Positions 7,203 through 15,940 of a DNA stretch of 32,000 bases are shown here, piece after piece. Under the pieces are notes generated by a model that saw nothing but the letters and a program-made list of their open reading frames with translations, made no database searches and was not told where the DNA came from. The position numbers and the translations under genes are program-made. Source of the stretch: Deinococcus radiodurans R1 = ATCC 13939 = DSM 20539 (GTDB taxonomy: Bacteria; Deinococcota; Deinococci; Deinococcales; Deinococcaceae); contig NC_001264.1 of NCBI RefSeq assembly GCF_000008565.1, positions 95,417 to 127,416 of the forward strand. The letters are read 5' to 3'. Every line of letters starts with the position of its first letter. Positions within the stretch are counted from its first letter, which is position 1.

Positions 7203-8857
7203 TACGATGCCTGGAAGGAAGGGCTCAAGGGCCTGACCGACGAGGAGCTACGGGCCTCTGCCGCCTCGCTGGAAGCTGCTGGAAACCAGCAACGTTACGG
7301 CGACGTGATGGGCGAGCTGAAGCGCCGCACCGACGAGGCCAGCCGGGCACAGGAAGCGTGGGGCGACAACCTCGACCGCCTGGCCGAGTCGGACTGGGTC
7401 AAGGGCCTGCGGGACCTCAACGATGCCCAACTGGCAGCCGCCCTGAGCAGCGCTGAGGCTGAGCACAACGTCTCCCGGTACAACGCGGTCCTGGCAGAGC
7501 AGACCCGCCGCACCGATGAGGCGAGCAAGAAGCACGAGTCCTGGGCCGACAACCTGGACAAGCTCAGCGAAAGCGGGTGGGTCAGCAGCCTGCGGGACAT
7601 GACCGACGCTCAGCTGGCCTCGGCACTGGCGACAGCACAGGCAGGGGAGAACGTCTCTCACTACAACGCGGTCCTGGCAGAGCAGCGGCGCCGCACCGAC
7701 GAGGTGGAGAAGGCACAGCGCAGCTGGCTCGACAACCTCGACCGGGTTCAGCAGGGCACCTGGGTCAAGAGCTGCGGGACATGACCAGCGAGCAGCTGGC
7801 CGCCGCGCTCGCCTCTGCCGAGGCAGGGCAGAACGTGGGCGAGTACAACGCCGTCCTGGCCGAGCAGGGACGCCGCACCGACGAGGTCACCAAAAAGACC
7901 GAGGCATGGGCGGACAACCTGGTCAAACTCAGCGAGGGCAACTGGACCAAGGGCCTGCACGACTTCACCGACGAGCAGCTGCTCTCGGCACTGGCAACCG
8001 CTGAGGCTGAGCAGAACGTGGGCCGCTACAACGCGGTCCTGACCGAGATGCTCCGGCGCCTGGACGAATCGGGCAAAAAGCAGGATGCCTGGCTCGACAA
8101 CCTCGACAAGATTGGAGAGGGCAACTGGGTCAAGGGCCTGCGGGACCTCGACGAATCGCAGTTGCAGGCTGCCCTCAGCGCTGCCGTCGCCGAGCAGAAC
8201 GTTGCCCGCTACAACACAGTTCTGGCCGAACTCGCCCGGCGCACGGACGAGGCCACCAAGAGCCAGGACGCCTGGAACGACAACGTCAACAAGCTCAATT
8301 TCTCGCGCTGGACGGCGGGCCTCAAGAATATGAGCGACGCCGAGCTGGACGTGATGCTGGGCATGGCGGCGGCTGCGGGCAACATCGCGGAGTACAACGC
8401 GGTGCTGGCCGAGCAGGGACGCCGGGTTGACGATGCCAGCAAGAAGCACGAAGCCTGGGTCCAGAACCTGGAGAAGATCGAGCGCGGCACGTGGGTGGAC
8501 AGCCTGCGGGACCTGAGCGACGAGGAACTTCAGAGTGCCCTGGCCTCGGCCACCGCCGCCGAGAACCTCGACGGGTTCAACGCTGTGCTGGCTGAAATGA
8601 AGCGGCGCACCGACGACGCGGCCAGGGCCCAAGCAAGCTGGAACGCGGTTATCGGGAAGCTCGACCGTGACGGGTACGCCGAAAGCCTCAAGGGCATGAG
8701 CGACGCTCAGCTCGTGCTGATGCTGGAGACGGCGTCCTCGACCCAGAACGCCGAGGATTTCACGGCAATTCTGGCCGAGCAGAGCCGCCGTACCACTGAG
8801 GCCGCCAAGAACACCGAGACGCTCGCCGCCGCCCGCCAGAAGCTCACCGAGATTCAG
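7203..8857 (+). repeat. 9 in-frame tandem repeats of 183 nt (61 aa) inside the tape measure gene
   Basis: The anchor W/Y codon falls at 7212, 7395, 7578, 7761, 7943, 8126, 8309, 8492 and 8675. Every interval is 183 nt except 7761 to 7943, which is 182. Consensus: WVKGLRDLxDAQLxxALxxAEAxxNVxxYNAVLAEQxRRTDExxKxxxxWxDNLDKLxxG. Confidence 0.9.
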
Positions 8858-10016
8858 GCCGGGGGTGCGCGGCCCTTCGCCGCCGAGCTGGCCGCCCTGG
8901 AAGCCCTGCGGGGCAAGCCGGGGGTCGTGGCGGCGGAACTCGACAAGCTGATCGCCTCCTACACCCGCCTGCAAGAGCAGACCGAAAAGCAGCAGGGCCT
9001 GGAAAAGTCGATCAACAAATGGTCCACCTACGCGAAAAACCTCATTCCTGTTGTTACCGGCGCGATGGAAGCGCTGGGCGGGGCGTCGAGTGAGGTGGCC
9101 GGACAGTGGGCCTCTGACCTCGGCAGCATGGTCAGCGACATCACGAATTTCGGCATGGCGATTGCGAAAGGGGATTACATCGGCGCGGCCATCCAGTTCT
9201 TCACGACCGTCTTGAACTGGTGGAACCGAAACAAGAAGGCCGCCGAAGAAGCCGCCAAGGCCACCCGCGAATACAACGAGCAGTTCAAATTCGCGCAGGG
9301 GACTGCGGGCGACAACTACGGCAGCCGGACCACGGGGAGCTACACGACCGGCTTCCTGTTCTGGGAGACGACCCACTACACCGAGCAGATCGACACCCTC
9401 AAACGGGACATCGCGCTCGCGCTGGAGGGTGGCTGGATCAACGGGATGAAGGACGGGTTCACCCAGGCACTGGCCCAGAACGATTTTTCGCTGTTCGAGA
9501 AGTCGCTCAAGTCCTCGGTGGGGAAAGCGGTTCTGGACGGGCTGATGGAGTCGTTCATCAACCGGGCCATCATCGCCAGGATCATCGGCCCGGCCATCGA
9601 CTCTTACCTGCGAACCGGGGATACAGCGGCACTTCGCACAGCCATCCAGGCGGCGAGTGGCGAGGCTGAGCGGTTCTACAACGATGTCCTCGCGCCCATT
9701 GCTCAGGAGTTCGGGATGCTGGGCACCGCCGTAAAGCCCGAGGCGTCGTCCGGCCCCACGACCACGGCACCACAGGACACCACCCGCACAGTGAAAGTCG
9801 ACATGCCCAACGTCACAGCTTCCATGAATTTCGACGTACTGGGCACGCTCGCCACCGTGGTCGAGCGGGCGGCGCCCCGAATCGAGAACGGCGGTGTGGC
9901 GCTCGAACGCGGCGCCGGGGTGTTCGGGGCGCAGGTGGACCGCCTGGAACGTCTGCTCAGCGGCGCCGAACTGCGGCCCGATACTCGCGCCCTGCGCGGC
10001 TTGTAAGGGGGTAGAA

Positions 10017-11543
10017 ATGCAAATTCGGGACACAACAGGAATGATGCTGACCGCCCTCGGCTGGGGAGCGCCGAGCAGCGACGAGATCATCAGCGCCGAG
10101 TTCACGTATGGGGGCGCAGGCACCTGTCAGAGCGCCACCATTCGGCCTGTCAACACTTATGCCGGGGGGCGAGCGGCCAACTGGGAGTTTCGCCTGGGAG
10201 GCTGGCAGGTGTTCCAGGGCATTCCTGACGGCATCAGCGACGCCGACGGCCAACTCGCGCAGATCAGCCTGATGGCCCCTCACCGGCCCCGGCTGGGCGG
10301 GCTGGGGGAGAGCCTCGCCGGGGTACAGGCCGGACCCTTTGAGACCCTCTCTGCCGCACTTGAACGCGAGTTGGGGTCTATGCCCGAGGCTGACATCGGC
10401 ATCCGACCTGACGGCACCGAAGTGGCTGAGGTGCCAGGCGGTGGGGGTAGCGTTGGCGCAGACGAGACTTACGAGGTGCGTTACATCGGCCCGGCCTACC
10501 CGGATGCCGTGACTGACGCGGTGTTCGACCCTGGCGACGGCTGGCGCAAGTACGCATACAAGCGCGATTGCCCGCCCTACGCGCTGCGGCGCACGGCCAG
10601 CGCGAAGGCCGACCCTGCCATCATCACGAAGGAAGAGACGGGCGTGCCGGTGACGCGGGTGGGCGGCTACTCCTCGCCCGTGACGACCGGCGAGGTCACG
10701 CACTACTTCAGCGACCTGATCGAAGCCGATGGCGTGGAGCGCATGTACGCCGAGAAGGACAGTACGAAGACCGAGACGGTGAGCGACGTGGGCAACTGGA
10801 CTTTCTCGACGCCGAAGGACACCGACGTGCGGCGGAACCAGAAGGTGAAGGTGCGCTGCCCGTTCCTCGTGACCGCGATCGCCGCGTACCCGCCGCCCGT
10901 GCCGGTCGTGTTCGTGTCCAATACGGGTGGCGGGGACAGCGGTGGGGGCAGTGGAGAGACGCCCGACCCGATTAAGCCCGCGCCGACGAACGAAGAGCTG
11001 GCGCAGCGCCTGGATGCGGCTGAGAACCGGGTCTTCAGGATTGAGCGGCAGACGCAAGCCGCCGACGAGACGCGCCGGACGCCACGCGGGACGCCGCGCT
11101 TCGGGGAGCTGAAGCTGCTCATCAGCCTGTATCTCATGGGCGACGACGGCGACCAGGTGCTGGACACGACCGCGCACGTCTTCAAGGAACAGGACATTGC
11201 ACTGGAGCAAGCTGTCAGTTTCGAGGTCGGCAAGGTCGGTGAGGGCGCCAACTTCCGGGTGCGCTACGAGCTGATCGAACAGGACACAGGGCGCAGCCTC
11301 ACGATTGCCTTCCGGCCCCTGGAGGTTGCCATTGAGTACACGGCGCCGAACGTAGAGGGGGTGCAAATGCCCGAAGGGTGGGAAAAGCCCTTCGTGACCG
11401 AGGCCCGTCACGAGGTGCGCGTCCCTGGCTGGCACATTCCGCCGCTGACGGTGCTAGGCCAACCGGCGGCGTCGGCAGTGGTGACCTGGAATCGGGGCGA
11501 GTGCAGCACGCTGATCACCACAGGAGCCCTGGGCTATGGCTGA
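10017..11543 (+). CDS. Phage distal tail / baseplate-region protein (function unassigned)
   Basis: AAGGGGG lies before the ATG at 10017, just after the tape measure stop. The 508-aa product has a Gly/Ser/Pro linker (GGGDSGGGSGETPDP). The call rests on position only. Confidence 0.5.
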   Translation: MQIRDTTGMMLTALGWGAPSSDEIISAEFTYGGAGTCQSATIRPVNTYAGGRAANWEFRLGGWQVFQGIPDGISDADGQLAQISLMAPHRPRLGGLGESLAGVQAGPFETLSAALERELGSMPEADIGIRPDGTEVAEVPGGGGSVGADETYEVRYIGPAYPDAVTDAVFDPGDGWRKYAYKRDCPPYALRRTASAKADPAIITKEETGVPVTRVGGYSSPVTTGEVTHYFSDLIEADGVERMYAEKDSTKTETVSDVGNWTFSTPKDTDVRRNQKVKVRCPFLVTAIAAYPPPVPVVFVSNTGGGDSGGGSGETPDPIKPAPTNEELAQRLDAAENRVFRIERQTQAADETRRTPRGTPRFGELKLLISLYLMGDDGDQVLDTTAHVFKEQDIALEQAVSFEVGKVGEGANFRVRYELIEQDTGRSLTIAFRPLEVAIEYTAPNVEGVQMPEGWEKPFVTEARHEVRVPGWHIPPLTVLGQPAASAVVTWNRGECSTLITTGALGYG

Positions 11544-11955
11544 CCTCTACTACCTCTACAACAGCGCCGTAGGCTGGCGAGATCTCCCCCCCACCATGCG
11601 GCCTGCTGGAGCGTCTGCTCCGACAAGCGGCAACCTGGTTAGAGCGCGGGGACACACGGTCATCCACAACCTCGCGGATGGCTTGCCAGACCCTGTACCT
11701 GTGCAGCTCACAGGGCTGTGGGACACGGGTTATGAAGAGCTGCTCTCTTCTGAACTGGACTGGTGGACCTGGTTCGTCACCGGGTGCACCGAGTACCGAC
11801 GTGGCGACCGCCCACCTGACGAGGTGCGGGGCAGCTCTTTGATCTGGGCACCCGTAGACGACGACAGCAGCGTCGCCACCGTCACCATCACACTCATTCC
11901 CGCACGGGTACGCAACCCGGCGACAGCGCCCTCCGGGGCGTTCAAGGGGTTTTGA
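11536..11955 (+). CDS. Hypothetical phage tail-associated protein
   Basis: 139-aa ORF overlapping the previous gene by 8 nt (ATGGCTGA). The call rests on position only. Confidence 0.45.
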   Translation: MADLYYLYNSAVGWRDLPPTMRPAGASAPTSGNLVRARGHTVIHNLADGLPDPVPVQLTGLWDTGYEELLSSELDWWTWFVTGCTEYRRGDRPPDEVRGSSLIWAPVDDDSSVATVTITLIPARVRNPATAPSGAFKGF

Positions 11956-11957
11956 AC

Positions 11958-14408
11958 ATGACCGTACTTACCATCAGCCAGGACACGCTCGTCATGTTGC
12001 CGGACGGGGCGACGGGCGGAACTGTGCAGATCAGCTACAACGGCACCACCGTGGGGCCGGTAGTCGCTTCCGGGGATGACCAGGGCCGCGCCGTGATCGT
12101 GCAAGGGCGTCTTGCCAAGCTCACTGCGCTGGACGGCAAGAGCCCCCTGCAAATTGCAGGTCGGGAGGCCGGGGGCCGGCTGCCTGCCCGCGTGACCCTG
12201 CGCATCTACCCGGCAGGTTCCGCGACTGTGGCGCCGATCATCCTGTCCGGCCTGCCCGTGGGCTCGCCCGATGCGCCGGGCATCTGGGACCTGAGCAACA
12301 TCGATGACGCCAGTGGTGGGATGGACGTGATCACGCCAGCAGAGCGGACCAGCCTGGCGCTGCTCAAAGAGCGGGGGCTGTTGGCTGCTGAGCGGGCTGA
12401 AGGTGCCTCTGCTGTGGCTGTAGCTGCTGAGGGTAAGGCCAGCGCGGCCATCAGCAACCTGAACTCCAGTGTCAGCTCGGCGGCCACCCAGGCGGCGCAG
12501 CAGGCGATGCAGGGAACGCAACGGGAATGGGCCGATATCAAGCGCGATACCGCGCAGACCGCGTCTCAGCTCTCTCAGCAGCAGGAAGGCAACAATGCCC
12601 AGACTGCTATGAACATCGGACGCCGCACCGCTCTCAAAGTCGCCCTCATTGGTGCGGCGGCGGGCCTCTATAACGTCGTCAGCGGCCAGGAGGCCGGGCA
12701 AGTCTGGGAAGTCAAGGAAGAGGGCGGCGCCCCTGTGCGCCGCCCAGAGCTTGAGGCCGCCACCCAGCAGCAGCTCGGCGCGCTGAACTCTCCCGATCTT
12801 GACGCGGCCCTTGCCAGCACCAGTCTGGCCCCCCGGCACATTATTGGGGGCCTGCGCGGTGGCACGTTCGATCTGGTCGCAGACGACACGCCCGCAGACG
12901 GCGGTATCGTTGTGCTCCGTCAGGATGGCCGCAAGCTCCGTCGCCAGGTGTCACCTGACGGCGTCATGGCCCTGGAATGGTGGGGTGTTACTCCTGACGC
13001 GGGCGACAATGACCAGGCTGCCCTGGATGCCTGGAGCAGTTACGCAAACGCCCATGGCGGCAAGTTTGCCCTGCTGCCTGGGACAGAGGCGGTGGGCCAC
13101 GTCAAACTCCAGCGCCCTCAGCGCCCGGTCCACATCGTGGGTTACGGTGCCAAGCTGATTGGCACCGACACGAAGCGGCCTGTGTTCGAAGCGTACCTGG
13201 CTTTCCAGGGGGGGTCTATTGCCGGACTGATGGTGCGTCACCAGGGCATTGGCACGGCGCCTCCGGCCAATCATTCCGACTCCCGCCGCACCCCTGGGGG
13301 CCACGGGATTCTCATTACACACGGCGCGGATTGGGCGGTGAACAGCTGCATGGTCAGCCAGGTTGCCAGCATGGGAATCCTGCTCATCGGCGTGAACGGC
13401 TATACCATTTCCAACTGCAACGTCGACGTGTGCATGGGGGACGGCATCCACTCCTGTTACGGTGCCGCTCGCGGCACCATCACGGGCAACAACGTCCGCT
13501 TCACTGGAGATGACGGAATTCCGGTCGTCAGCTACCTGACCTGGCCCGAGAACGACTGGAACCTGGACTATGCCCAGGGGGGCAGCGCTGCCCCCCTCTG
13601 CCACGACATCACAATTGTTGGGAATACCGTTCAGCACGCGGGTTCACGCGGCATGATCGTGGCCGGGGGAGCACGCATCAACCTGACCGGCAACATCGTC
13701 GACACGACCTATGCCGCAGGCATCTTCATCCTGAAGGACGACGTTTACAAGACGCATGGGGTCACGCAAGTGACGCTCAGCGGTGGGCAGGTGTACGGTG
13801 CAGGACGACATGCCGATGGCGAGGCATCTGGTACACACGGCATCTCTCTAATTGGCGACGTGGCCGATGTCACGGTAGACGGGGTGATGGTCAGCAACGC
13901 CAAAGGCCACGGCGTCTATGTCGAGGTTCCAGGGAGCATCGATGTTCGCGGCGTCACGGTCTTCGGGAATGCGGGAGACGGCCTGCTCGCCGCTCAGGGC
14001 CAGGTTCAGGTGTCGGGCACCTTCCGGGGGAATGGTGGCCGGGGCGTCTCTGCTCTGGGTGCAGCGCTCCTGAAACTCAACGGTGCCCTGGTGCAGGAAA
14101 ATCAACAGGTAGGCGTTGGGGCCGGTGGGGCGTCGCGGGTGAGCCTACTCAACTGCGACATTGAAAACAACGGTGTAGAAGCGGGGGACACCCAAATCGA
14201 AGCAGGGGACACGGCTGCCGTGTCCCTGGTGGGTGGTCGTGTCCGCGGCAAAAAGATTTACGGCGTGGTTGCCAACACGGGGACCAGTGTGCGCTGCCTG
14301 GGCGTAGACCTTGAGGGGGCCGGTACGGAACTCAATGCCGTGGCGGCGCCCAACGCGACACTGGTGACGCGGAACTGCTTTGGGATTGCAGATACGCCTG
14401 CGGCTTAG
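11958..14408 (+). CDS. Tailspike / tail fibre with right-handed parallel beta-helix (pectate-lyase-like) depolymerase domain
   Basis: AAGGGG lies 8 nt before the ATG at 11958. A coiled Ala/Gln-rich shaft is followed by LEWWGVTPDAGDNDQAALDAWSSYANAHGGKFALLPG. Repeated beta-helix-like segments follow (NCNVDVCMGDGIH..., ITIVGNTVQHAGSRGMIV..., INLTGNIV...). Confidence 0.7.
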   Translation: MTVLTISQDTLVMLPDGATGGTVQISYNGTTVGPVVASGDDQGRAVIVQGRLAKLTALDGKSPLQIAGREAGGRLPARVTLRIYPAGSATVAPIILSGLPVGSPDAPGIWDLSNIDDASGGMDVITPAERTSLALLKERGLLAAERAEGASAVAVAAEGKASAAISNLNSSVSSAATQAAQQAMQGTQREWADIKRDTAQTASQLSQQQEGNNAQTAMNIGRRTALKVALIGAAAGLYNVVSGQEAGQVWEVKEEGGAPVRRPELEAATQQQLGALNSPDLDAALASTSLAPRHIIGGLRGGTFDLVADDTPADGGIVVLRQDGRKLRRQVSPDGVMALEWWGVTPDAGDNDQAALDAWSSYANAHGGKFALLPGTEAVGHVKLQRPQRPVHIVGYGAKLIGTDTKRPVFEAYLAFQGGSIAGLMVRHQGIGTAPPANHSDSRRTPGGHGILITHGADWAVNSCMVSQVASMGILLIGVNGYTISNCNVDVCMGDGIHSCYGAARGTITGNNVRFTGDDGIPVVSYLTWPENDWNLDYAQGGSAAPLCHDITIVGNTVQHAGSRGMIVAGGARINLTGNIVDTTYAAGIFILKDDVYKTHGVTQVTLSGGQVYGAGRHADGEASGTHGISLIGDVADVTVDGVMVSNAKGHGVYVEVPGSIDVRGVTVFGNAGDGLLAAQGQVQVSGTFRGNGGRGVSALGAALLKLNGALVQENQQVGVGAGGASRVSLLNCDIENNGVEAGDTQIEAGDTAAVSLVGGRVRGKKIYGVVANTGTSVRCLGVDLEGAGTELNAVAAPNATLVTRNCFGIADTPAA

Positions 14409-14460
14409 TCCGCGCAAAACTGGATGATGCAGACGTAGATGTTACCCTCTGAGGAGAGAC

Positions 14461-14664
14461 ATGAAAACGGTCCAGGAACTTATCGCTGAGCTATCAAATT
14501 GGCCGTCAGATATGCTCGTTATCGTTCCAGCAGATGACGGGCGCGCCCTGGGCTTCGCACCCTGTTTGCAGGTCGTCTATCAGACCAGTGAACTGGGTGG
14601 CCACCCTCTGTTTTCAGCAAAAAAAGGAGAACGACCGTTGTTGCTGCTCGAAGCTAGAGAGTAA
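14461..14664 (+). CDS. Small hypothetical protein in a low-GC insert (moron-like)
   Basis: GAGGAG lies before the ATG at 14461. The surrounding 14410-14850 region is visibly AT-richer than the phage genes around it. A hairpin lies downstream at 14785-14804. Confidence 0.5.
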   Translation: MKTVQELIAELSNWPSDMLVIVPADDGRALGFAPCLQVVYQTSELGGHPLFSAKKGERPLLLLEARE

Positions 14665-14737
14665 AACCTTGAGAGGCATCGAGCACTTGAACAGTGAGCA
14701 AGTCGGCAAAGGGAATCGTGGGGTTTGTTGCTAACCA

Positions 14738-14760
14738 CACAGTACCGGGCACAGTATCGG
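14738..14760 (+). repeat. Tandem direct repeat CACAGTACCGG / CACAGTATCGG (12-nt period)
   Basis: Read directly at 14738-14748 and 14750-14760, in non-coding DNA between the moron and the lipoprotein gene. Confidence 0.4.
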
Positions 14761-14784
14761 CCCCCACCTACAGCAAAAACATCA

Positions 14785-14808
14785 GCCCTCGCCACGGCGA
14801 GGGCCTTT
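14785..14808 (+). terminator. Hairpin, weak terminator candidate
   Basis: GCCCTCGC (14785-14792) pairs with GCGAGGGC (14797-14804) around a 4-nt loop, but only CTTTCC follows. Confidence 0.4.
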
Positions 14809-14849
14809 CCATGCTCGCCGGGTGTCATCCCCCCTGAAACCCTGAAGGC

Positions 14850-15194
14850 ATGAAGCGCCCTCTTCTGACCCTGCCGCTTCTGCTGCTGGCTTCCTGCGGA
14901 ATCGTCGCCCCCGCCCGCGACAACGCCCAGTGGCAGACCTCCCCCCACAACGTCCCGGTGACCTGGCGGGCCACCAGCCCTGGCGGCCTCGGGCGCATCA
15001 AGGTCGGCAACGTCCTCGGCTATGCCAGTTGGTTCCGGATGGGCACCAACTGCGTGGTCGACGTGGACCTCGCGCAGAGCCGGGCGCAGCTCGCCCGCGT
15101 CGCGGCGCACGAGTACGCCCATTGCGCTCAGGCTCCGGACCCACGTGCTGTGGCCGCTTCGGTGGTCACGCCACCTGAACGCCTTACGAGGTGA
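14850..15194 (+). CDS. Phage lipoprotein with HExxH metallopeptidase-like motif
   Basis: Signal peptide with lipobox: MKRPLLTLPLLLLASC. Motif: VAAHEYAHCAQ. GC3 is high. A GTGA overlap links it to the next gene. Confidence 0.6.
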   Translation: MKRPLLTLPLLLLASCGIVAPARDNAQWQTSPHNVPVTWRATSPGGLGRIKVGNVLGYASWFRMGTNCVVDVDLAQSRAQLARVAAHEYAHCAQAPDPRAVAASVVTPPERLTR

Positions 15195-15196
15195 CC

Positions 15197-15565
15197 ATGC
15201 ACAAACTCCGGCTCTTCCTGTGGAGCGCGGCCTGCCTGTTTCCGGTGGCCGCGCTCGCTCAATTCGCCCAGGCACCAGCCGCTCCGGCCGCACCTGTGCT
15301 CCTGTGCCGGGTGCTGGTGACCAGCACCCCGAGAGGCAACATGCAGCGCACCCTCACCATCGAGCTGCGCCCCGACTGCCCGCCCCACGGTGTGGCCTAC
15401 GTCCGGCTCGCCTCCGCTCTGGGCGGCCACCTGCCTGACGACCCGCCCGGCGCTTACTCCTTGCGCCCCGGTCAGACGCTGCGCCGCGTGGCGCTGCCCT
15501 GGTGGCACGTGGAGTGGCTCAGCGCGTCGAACAAACCCTACCGCGTGCGCGAGGAGGCGCCATGA
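15197..15565 (+). CDS. Secreted hypothetical protein (signal peptide)
   Basis: GAGG lies before the ATG at 15197. The N-terminus MHKLRLFLWSAACLFPVAALAQFAQA looks like a Sec signal peptide. Confidence 0.5.
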   Translation: MHKLRLFLWSAACLFPVAALAQFAQAPAAPAAPVLLCRVLVTSTPRGNMQRTLTIELRPDCPPHGVAYVRLASALGGHLPDDPPGAYSLRPGQTLRRVALPWWHVEWLSASNKPYRVREEAP

Positions 15566-15568
15566 CCC

Positions 15569-15940
15569 ATGACACCCGAACTCACCGAGCTGCTCAGCCT
15601 GCGCAACCTCATCCTCTACGGCGCGGCAGTGCTGATGGCCTTCCTCGTCTCCGTCGCCCGCGTCGGCAGGGAACGCAGCGTCCAGCGCGTGGCCGGCAAA
15701 CCGCTGACCACCACCGGCGAAATGCTGTGGGACGCGCTCTACGGGTCGCTTGCGGCCCTCGCGCTGCTCTTGATGCAAGACAGCGTCAAGGCCTTGCCGA
15801 TCAAGGCCGCCATTGCCCTCGCCATGTTTTACGGCTCGGTCGGTCCCTCGGCCTGGGATTTCCTGGCGGGGCTGGCCCAGGGCCGCTACGCCGTGACCAA
15901 AAAGGAGGCGAGTGATGGTGTCGAAGCCGACAAGTCTTAA
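15569..15940 (+). CDS. Putative holin (three predicted transmembrane segments, charged C-terminus)
   Basis: Hydrophobic segments LILYGAAVLMAFLVSV, LYGSLAALALLLM and AAIALAMFYGSVGPSAWDFLAGL are followed by KKEASDGVEADKS. The layout resembles LydA-type holins, and the gene is upstream of the endolysin. Confidence 0.5.
   Translation: MTPELTELLSLRNLILYGAAVLMAFLVSVARVGRERSVQRVAGKPLTTTGEMLWDALYGSLAALALLLMQDSVKALPIKAAIALAMFYGSVGPSAWDFLAGLAQGRYAVTKKEASDGVEADKS

Larger units (their letters stand above)
4107..10006 (+). pseudogene. Tail tape measure protein (~1,966 aa if repaired), TP901-type core plus long repeat region; frame broken by a 1-nt deletion near 7772/7773
   Basis: ORF 4107-7784 and ORF 7577-10006 carry the same repeat family across the break. 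Frame 0 ends ...GTWVKSCGT*, while the -1 frame continues ELRDMTSEQLAAAL. The N-terminal third resembles the TP901-family tape measure core, and a hydrophobic segment lies at ~5450-5650. Confidence 0.85.

Noticed and set aside
6294-8857. The regular tandem repeats could be a CRISPR or other non-coding array.
   Set aside because: The periods are multiples of 3 (228 and 183 nt), there are no unique spacers, the copies diverge mostly at synonymous or conservative positions, and the repeats are continuous with the tape measure reading frame.
7748-10123. Very long antisense ORFs: 7748-10123 (-), 791 aa; also 4191-5684 (-), 9957-11435 (-), 11730-12839 (-), 21872-22939 (-), 25354-26448 (-) and 28776-30344 (+).
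   Set aside because: Their translations are Arg/Gly/Pro/His-rich with no recognisable motifs. Each lies exactly opposite a gene with clear family signatures. This is the usual stop-codon-poor antisense artefact of high-GC DNA.
11958-14408. A diversity-generating retroelement might target the tail fibre.
   Set aside because: The window contains no reverse transcriptase gene, no template/variable repeat pair, and no C-type-lectin-like C-terminus.
14738-14760. The TACTGT-containing repeats might be a LexA/SOS box.
   Set aside because: The two copies are direct rather than inverted, and they do not form the CTGT-N8-ACAG type palindrome.
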